This document shows positions 58,636-64,000 of a DNA stretch of 64,000 bases, in pieces (positions within the stretch are counted from its first letter, which is position 1; every line of letters begins with the position of its first letter). Below the pieces are notes generated by a model. It saw only the letters and a program-made list of their open reading frames with translations, did not search any database and was not told where the DNA came from. Source of the DNA: a bacterium (lineage in GTDB: Bacteria; UBA8248); NCBI GenBank assembly GCA_963692865.2, contig OY843592.1:768001-832000 (forward strand). The letters are read 5' to 3'. Position numbers and translations under genes: made by a program.

Positions 58636-59820
58636 CTATGCGCCCAGCTTCAACTTCAGCCAGTCGAAAATCTCGTGCGCGTAGGGGGGCACGTTGTCCA
58701 TCTGGCAGTGCTGGGCGCCCGTTTCGGTCCCCTTGACGACCCGGAAGGTCTTGTCCTTCGATCCCGAGGCGCCAAAAAGATTTTTTGCGTCGGCGAGGGG
58801 GATCTGCTGGTCGCCTTCCCCGTGGATCAGCAGAAACGGGCAGCGCATGTTCTGCACCACGCCGTCGAGCTTGAAATCGGCGAGCAGGTCGAGGCACTCC
58901 TCGGTGGAGTCGGAGTTGAAAATCCACTCCAGGTGATGGCCGGGAACCGAGAGGGCGGTCTTGTAGGCGGCGGCGATACGGTCCTGCCACACCCGCTGGT
59001 AGTCCCAGATCGCCCCCCAGGCCACGCACGCCTTGAAGCGGTGCTCCATGCTGGCGTTTCGGGGCGCGTAGTAGCCGCCGAGGCTTATCGCCATGACGCC
59101 GGCGCGCTTCGCGTCCACGTCGTTTCTGCCTTCGAGATAGTCGAGGGCCGCCCCTCCCGCGACCTCGTGATCGTGGCGCAGGAAGAGCTTCCGGAAGCGG
59201 ATGGCTTCCCCGTTTCCGGGCGCGTCCACGGCGAGCACGCTCATCCCGCGGCGTACGAGGTCTTCCGCGCCCAGGATGTATTGAATCTCCTTCGAGACGT
59301 CGAAGCCGTCGAAGGAGACCACAACGGGCGGTTTCCGCTTCCTCGTGTTCTGCGCGTGAATGAGGATTCCGGGCAGCGTCTTTTTGCCCTCGAAGGGGAT
59401 TTCCACGTGCTCGATGCGCGGCGCGTCCGTGAGCGCGGCGAAGCGCTTGAAGGAATCCAGCGATTTGCGGTACGCGGCGTTCGCCGCCTTGTCCTTGGGC
59501 GTGCGGAACCGCTCGCCGAGCTGGTAGTAGAAACACGCGCGCTTGAAGAAAGCGGCGGCGGAGAGGTCGTTCTTCTTCCGCGCCGCGGCCATCCCGAGGG
59601 CGCGCATCCTGTCGGCCTCGCTCACCCATTCGGCGAACCAGGCGTCGTCGTCGCCTATCTTGCCCTTTAACTTGCGGCAGACCCTGTCGACCTCGCCCAT
59701 CGTGGACGAACCCCAGAAGGACGTGGAATAGGCGATCCCCACGCCTGCGGACCAGCGGTAGTCATTCGGGAAATACGCGAACCACGGTTCCTTGCGGACG
59801 GCTTTTGCTGCTTTTGCCAT
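58636..59820 (-). CDS. Alpha/beta hydrolase, FrsA/DHPON hydrolase-like (paralog 2)
   Basis: WF.YFP.DYRWS, FDGFDVSKE, DAPGNGE, AISLGGYYAPR, GAQHCQ.DN. Confidence 0.88.
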   Translation of the reverse strand: MAKAAKAVRKEPWFAYFPNDYRWSAGVGIAYSTSFWGSSTMGEVDRVCRKLKGKIGDDDAWFAEWVSEADRMRALGMAAARKKNDLSAAAFFKRACFYYQLGERFRTPKDKAANAAYRKSLDSFKRFAALTDAPRIEHVEIPFEGKKTLPGILIHAQNTRKRKPPVVVSFDGFDVSKEIQYILGAEDLVRRGMSVLAVDAPGNGEAIRFRKLFLRHDHEVAGGAALDYLEGRNDVDAKRAGVMAISLGGYYAPRNASMEHRFKACVAWGAIWDYQRVWQDRIAAAYKTALSVPGHHLEWIFNSDSTEECLDLLADFKLDGVVQNMRCPFLLIHGEGDQQIPLADAKNLFGASGSKDKTFRVVKGTETGAQHCQMDNVPPYAHEIFDWLKLKLGA

Positions 59821-60117
59821 GAGGCGTTCTCCTTAAAGAAGTAGAAGAATATCGTGTACGTATCTGTTGAGGGGTGGCGCGGGAAAATCGAGAAAAACGG
59901 ATTCTTGAATCCGGCAGTTCTTCGAAATTCAGGCTTCCTCGTATCGTTGTTCCAATGGCGGGAGTTATATCACAGGGTCGTTCCGCCCGTCATGGGCGGT
60001 GGGTGTTTAGTAGGGACAGGTCGCGACCTGTCCGTTCCGTATTCATCTTGAGGAGGAAGAAATTCGGAGGCAGACAACACAAACGTGTTACTCCTTGACG
60101 ATTGGATTCATCCACCA

Positions 60118-60253
60118 TGCCGTCATTCCGGCGAATGCCGGAATCCAGTGACTTTGTCTCTGTTTTTGTCTTTTCGTTTTTATTGTTTTTGGGGTTGTCC
60201 TGCGATACAGGTATTCCCGTTGGTTCTGGATTCCGGCATTCGCCGGAATGACG
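60118..60253. repeat. Complete dRS3/RPE-like element: GTCATTCCGGCGAATGCCGGAATCCAG-spacer-CTGGATTCCGGCATTCGCCGGAATGAC
   Basis: Perfect inverted arms at 60122-60148 and 60226-60252 around a T-rich spacer. Confidence 0.85.
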
Positions 60254-60321
60254 AATAAAACCGCTCCGCCCCGTAGTGGGCCGTTCTTGTGAACGGCTCA
60301 AGGTCGCGACCTGTCCTTACA
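60227..60321 (+). repeat. 95-bp direct repeat, left copy
   Basis: Matches 61986-62080 with 2 mismatches. Confidence 0.92.
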
Positions 60322-60423
60322 AAGACAATCTTGGAGGAGGACAATCTAGTTGAGTCGCCTATCGAATGATTGCATTGTGATTATTGGGCAGGGTAGAAAC
60401 TGGAACACAAGGAGGGCTTCACC

Positions 60424-60666
60424 ATGGCGAGCATCACGATCCGCAATCTCGACGACGACGTGAAAACACGCCTTCGCGTAAGGGCGGCGGAGAACGGTCG
60501 CTCCATGGAGGAAGAAGCGCGGGTGATCCTGCGCGAGGCCGTCGGACGTGAGGACGTGCCTGCAAAGGGTTTGGGTACGGCGATCCATGAGTTGTTCAAG
60601 CCCTTCGGCGGCGTCGAGCTGGAGTTGCCGCCGCGCGAGTCGATGCGCGAACCGCCCATACGTTGA
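60424..60666 (+). CDS. FitA/StbC-like ribbon-helix-helix antitoxin (orphan)
   Basis: MASITIRNLDDDVKTRLRVRAAENGRSMEEEARVILREAV and GGVELELPPR. AGGAGG RBS. No PIN toxin follows. Confidence 0.88.
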   Translation: MASITIRNLDDDVKTRLRVRAAENGRSMEEEARVILREAVGREDVPAKGLGTAIHELFKPFGGVELELPPRESMREPPIR

Positions 60667-60936
60667 GTAGATGGGTTCTTCCACGACGCTGTTTCTGGCG
60701 ACGGCCTACCAGATGGCGTCTTTAGTCGGAAGTTGGGGGATCGGCGTCGAGTGCGCCGACCAGTCGACAGTAATTAAAAAATTTCTTTGTCAACTTTGCT
60801 TAATTAGTCCCATATAATTCCCTCTGAATTCCTTGAACAGAAGTGTTTCCAAACTCATTGTTGTATCCAATGACGAGGCTTTGGGGCTCAAATATCAACA
60901 CATGAAACTTCCATATAATTTCAAAAAGGCCTGCTA

Positions 60937-61824
60937 ATGAGATTTGAGACCGTATTTTGCATTGACGGGAGTGGTGAGAAAAATCAAGAAAGAGCAAAAG
61001 TTAAACGACCCATTTACCGACTCGATGTAAAAAGGAGAAAAATAACGCGCGAAAATAATGAGGAATCCGGGTTGAGTTTCTTCACTCGTCAGATTAAGGG
61101 TATGTCAGTTCCCAAGCCGATATTGGTCGTCGTTGATTGTCCCATCGGATTGCCTGTACAACCTCGAGACGTACACAGTGGGAATCAAACATTCCTGGAA
61201 TGGCTCGAATCAACGGCTCGACGACTTCCGAATGAGGAAGCTTGGAGAGATAGGCTAATTGCCAAGGGAATCGGGGACCGATCAAAATCAAAGCCTTTTG
61301 TAGAGCACAGAAAAGGAGAAGAAAAAAAGGAAATCTACGGACGGCGTAAATGTGATGAAGAAAGTAATGGCGAAAGTGTTTATTTCTTACTGGGGAGTAA
61401 ACAGGTTGGGAAAGCGGCTCTACAATTTTGGTTTGAGGTTCTCCAGCCCCTACGAGAGCGATTTCAGAATCGCTTGGTGGTATGGCCGTTTGAGTCGCTT
61501 CGAAACGGGGATATTGTTGTCGCCGAATGTTACCCTGCTTTGTATGTTAAGCCAGTATACGGGTCTAGAATTTCCAACAAGGGAAACAAAACTGAGCGAG
61601 AAAAAGCGTTGAGTCATTTACGTGCTAACAACAGGGCAAGATGTGAGGTTACAAACAAGACATGGAATGATGCCGCTTCTTCTGATCACAGTTTCGACAT
61701 GTTCACAACTGCCTATTATATTTTGCAAGAGATGGACAAAGGTCGCGAAAATATTCTGTTGTATCCGAAGGATAACCTAGAATGCGAAACTATTGAGGGT
61801 TGGATGCTTGGTTTGAAACCGTAG
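60937..61824 (+). CDS. DUF429-like predicted RNase H-fold nuclease
   Basis: FCIDGSG, VVDCPIGLP, R.CD, QVGKAA, VWPF, AECYP, DH.FD. Markedly AT-rich (about 40-45% GC by eye). Confidence 0.72.
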   Translation: MRFETVFCIDGSGEKNQERAKVKRPIYRLDVKRRKITRENNEESGLSFFTRQIKGMSVPKPILVVVDCPIGLPVQPRDVHSGNQTFLEWLESTARRLPNEEAWRDRLIAKGIGDRSKSKPFVEHRKGEEKKEIYGRRKCDEESNGESVYFLLGSKQVGKAALQFWFEVLQPLRERFQNRLVVWPFESLRNGDIVVAECYPALYVKPVYGSRISNKGNKTEREKALSHLRANNRARCEVTNKTWNDAASSDHSFDMFTTAYYILQEMDKGRENILLYPKDNLECETIEGWMLGLKP

Positions 61825-61902
61825 CAGAAAAAGAGAAATTCATGTTTTAATTTTGGGAATTACTGGAGCAGGGAATTTGATTCACCTATCGTATGTACAG
61901 AG

Positions 61903-62125
61903 TGTAGGGACAGGCCTCCGTGCCTGTCCAACACCTGCGCTGGCCTGCCGACTTTAAGGGCCGTTCGTTCTCCCGCACCCGCAAATGGATTCCGGCATTC
62001 GCCGGAATGACGAATAAAACCGCCCCGCCCCGTAGTGGGCCGTTCTTGTGAACGGCTCAAGGTCGCGACCTGTCCCTACAGAAACGATTGCGGGGCAAGG
62101 ACAGGCACGGAGGCCTGTCCCTACA
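61903..62125. repeat. REP cluster containing the right copy (61986-62080) of the 95-bp direct repeat
   Basis: GTAGGGACAGGCCTCCGTGCCTGTCC at 61903 and its inverse GGACAGGCACGGAGGCCTGTCCCTAC at ~62099 enclose the direct repeat. Confidence 0.88.
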
Positions 62126-62154
62126 AGAAATTCTGCGTCGGGCGAGTCTCATCC

Positions 62155-63330
62155 CTACCCGCAGAGTTTCTCCTGCATCCAGTCGAACATGTAGGTCGCC
62201 CCGATGGCGTAGTTGTCGCGCTGGCAGTGCTGGGCGCCGCCTTCCTTCACGGTGAAGACCTTGAGCGTCTTGTCCTTCGAGCCCACGGCGTTATAGAGCG
62301 CCTTGGCGTCTCTGAGCGGAATCTGTTTGTCGTCCGCCCCGTGCGTGACGAGGAAGGGGCACCGCATGTTCTGCACGACGCCGTCGAGCCGGAAGCCCTC
62401 GAGCTTGACCAGGGCGTCGTCGAGCGAGTCGGCGTTCAGGATCCACTGGATGTGATGGCCCGGTACGGAGAGTTCCGCCTTGAACGATGCGTCGATGCGC
62501 TTTTTCCAGGTGGCGTAGTAGTCCCAGATCGCCCCCCAGGCCAGGCACGCCTTGTAGCGCGGCTCCATGCTGGCAATGCGCGGCGCGTAGTAGCCGCCCA
62601 GGCTGATGGCCATGACGCCGGCGTTCTTGGCGTCCACGTCGTTTCTGGTTTCGAGGTAATCGAGCGCCGCCGAGCCCGCCACCTCATAGTCGGGGCGCAG
62701 GTAGATGTTGCGCAGGCGGATGGCCTCGCCCGTGCCGGGGCCGTCCATCACCAGACAGCTCATGCCCCGGCGCACCAGGTCCTCCACGCCGCGCGTGAAC
62801 TGGAGCTCCTTGGTGACGTCGAGCCCGTCGAAGAAGACCACGACGGGGGGTTTTCTCTTCCGCGTGTTCTCGGCATGCACGAGATAGCCGGGGAGTTTCT
62901 TCCTGCCCTCGAAGGGAACTTCCACGGCCTCGATTCGGGGCCTGTCCGTCAGGCGCACGAAGCGGCGGAAGGTGTCGAGCGATTTCTTGAACGTACTGAG
63001 GGCGCGCTTGTCCTTGGGCGTCCGGAAGCGCTCGCCCATCTGGTAGTAGCAGGTGGCGCGCTTGTAGTGGGAGGCGGCGGAGAGGTTGCGCTTCTTGCGC
63101 TCGGCGGCGCGGCCCAGGTCCCTCACGGTGTCGCCCATGCGGTCCCACTCGCGGAACCACAGGTTGTCGTCGCCGAGCTTCTTGTAGAGGCGGCGGCAGA
63201 CCTTGTCGACCTCGCCGATCTCTGTCCCGCCCCACTGCGCGCTCGAGACCATGCCGCAGATGGCGGCCGACCAGCGGTAGTCCTCGGGAAAGTAGGTGAA
63301 CCAGTTCGTGTTCGCGGGTGCTTCGGGCAT
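62155..63330 (-). CDS. Alpha/beta hydrolase, FrsA/DHPON hydrolase-like (paralog 3)
   Basis: WFTYFPEDYRWS, FDGLDVTKE, DGPGTGE, AISLGGYYAPR, GGAQHCQRDN. Close paralog of 58636-59820. Confidence 0.88.
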   Translation of the reverse strand: MPEAPANTNWFTYFPEDYRWSAAICGMVSSAQWGGTEIGEVDKVCRRLYKKLGDDNLWFREWDRMGDTVRDLGRAAERKKRNLSAASHYKRATCYYQMGERFRTPKDKRALSTFKKSLDTFRRFVRLTDRPRIEAVEVPFEGRKKLPGYLVHAENTRKRKPPVVVFFDGLDVTKELQFTRGVEDLVRRGMSCLVMDGPGTGEAIRLRNIYLRPDYEVAGSAALDYLETRNDVDAKNAGVMAISLGGYYAPRIASMEPRYKACLAWGAIWDYYATWKKRIDASFKAELSVPGHHIQWILNADSLDDALVKLEGFRLDGVVQNMRCPFLVTHGADDKQIPLRDAKALYNAVGSKDKTLKVFTVKEGGAQHCQRDNYAIGATYMFDWMQEKLCG

Positions 63331-63504
63331 GGATGGCCTCCTTTGGGCCGCATCCGGGCCGCGCAGGCGCGCATGGACGCCCGGGTCTAAGTCGCGCGGA
63401 TGCGGGTTTTCGGGTTGAATGTAAGCGTGCGGGATCATATCTTTGTTCCACGCTGATAATCAAACCGATGAGCCGACCGCGGGCGTCTCAAGGAGGAGTG
63501 TGTG

Positions 63505-64000
63505 ATGAGCGAAGGAAGCGACTTCCAGAAAGTGCTGGACTACATCGATCAGAACGCGGAGCGCACCGTGGCCGATCTGCAGGAACTCTGCCGCCAGCCG
63601 AGCATCTCGACGACCAACGTGGGCATCAGGGAGATGGCGGCCCTGCTCGAGGCCCGCGTGGCGCGCTCGGGACTCGAGACGACGCTCCATGAGACGGGCG
63701 GCAACCCGATTCTCACGGCGCGCTTGGGAGGCGGGGGAGACAAGACGCTCCTCTTCTACAACCACTACGACGTGCAGCCCGCGGAGCCGCTTTCCGAGTG
63801 GGACACGCCGCCGTTCGAGGCGCATATCGTGGACGGCGCCGTGATCGCGCGGGGCGCGACGGACAACAAGGGCAACATCATGAGCCGACTGGCGGCGTTC
63901 GAGGCGTTTCTCGCGGTGCGCGGCGAGTTGCCGTGTTCGGTCAAGTACATCATCGAGGGCGAGGAGGAGGTGGGAAGCCCCTCGCTCGAACCCTTCGTCA
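63505..64000 (+). CDS. M20 family metallopeptidase/dipeptidase, 5' part; runs off the window
   Basis: Hand translation from ATG 63505 (behind AGGAGG): MSEGSDFQKV...QPSIS...YNHYDVQP...ARGATDNKG...IEGEEEVGS. Confidence 0.9.
   Translation, partial: MSEGSDFQKVLDYIDQNAERTVADLQELCRQPSISTTNVGIREMAALLEARVARSGLETTLHETGGNPILTARLGGGGDKTLLFYNHYDVQPAEPLSEWDTPPFEAHIVDGAVIARGATDNKGNIMSRLAAFEAFLAVRGELPCSVKYIIEGEEEVGSPSLEPFV

Noticed and set aside
60800-60997. 65-aa minus-strand ORF, and a ~39-codon plus-strand frame ending at the DUF429 start, as a toxin remnant
   Set aside because: No PIN-domain motif and no clear start or RBS, so it cannot be supported.
59990-62060. Paired small ORFs beginning MSRSQERPTTGR (59990-60301, 61860-62060), and similar ORFs at 41.7-42.8 and 47.5-48.3 kb
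   Set aside because: Their similarity comes from reading through non-coding repeats. They have no RBS or coding signature.

Overview
This is a high-GC (by eye about 65%) bacterial chromosome segment. It is dominated by ABC transporters (peptide/nickel, NitT/TauT and sugar types) and catabolic enzymes: three FrsA/DHPON-hydrolase-like alpha/beta hydrolases, two tandem ThDP E1 alpha/beta pairs without E2/E3, FAH, crotonase, VOC, LLM, M24, M20, creatininase, CoA transferase, HMG-CoA lyase and an amidohydrolase + Rieske pair. It also holds a split F1Fo ATP synthase operon (b', b, delta, alpha, gamma, beta, epsilon) and a ~2050-aa fibronectin-III-repeat autotransporter. Intergenic regions are packed with a mosaic of at least eight palindromic repeat families (GTAG-REP doublets, IS-end-like MITEs, dRS3/RPE-like arms), yet the window has no transposase. 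Three low-GC islets stand out: an ABC-ATPase + putative PD-(D/E)XK nuclease pair (2.2-3.9 kb), SPFH + short NfeD-like (45.8-47.0 kb), and a DUF429-like RNase H-fold nuclease next to an orphan FitA-like antitoxin (60.4-61.8 kb). The best candidates for novelty are: (i) the ATPase + nuclease pair as an uncharacterised defence system; (ii) both nuclease islets being bracketed by the same GTCATTCCGG/CCGGAATGAC repeat family, one of them by a 95-bp direct repeat; (iii) a probable amidohydrolase-related dinuclear oxygenase with its own Rieske ferredoxin; (iv) a tandem-duplication junction that can be read at base level. The split atp operon and FN3 autotransporter suggest a Nitrospinota/Tectomicrobia/deltaproteobacteria-like, possibly host-associated (e.g. 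sponge) organism; this is inference only. All family calls come from motif recognition, not database searches. I saw no rRNA, tRNA or CRISPR array.
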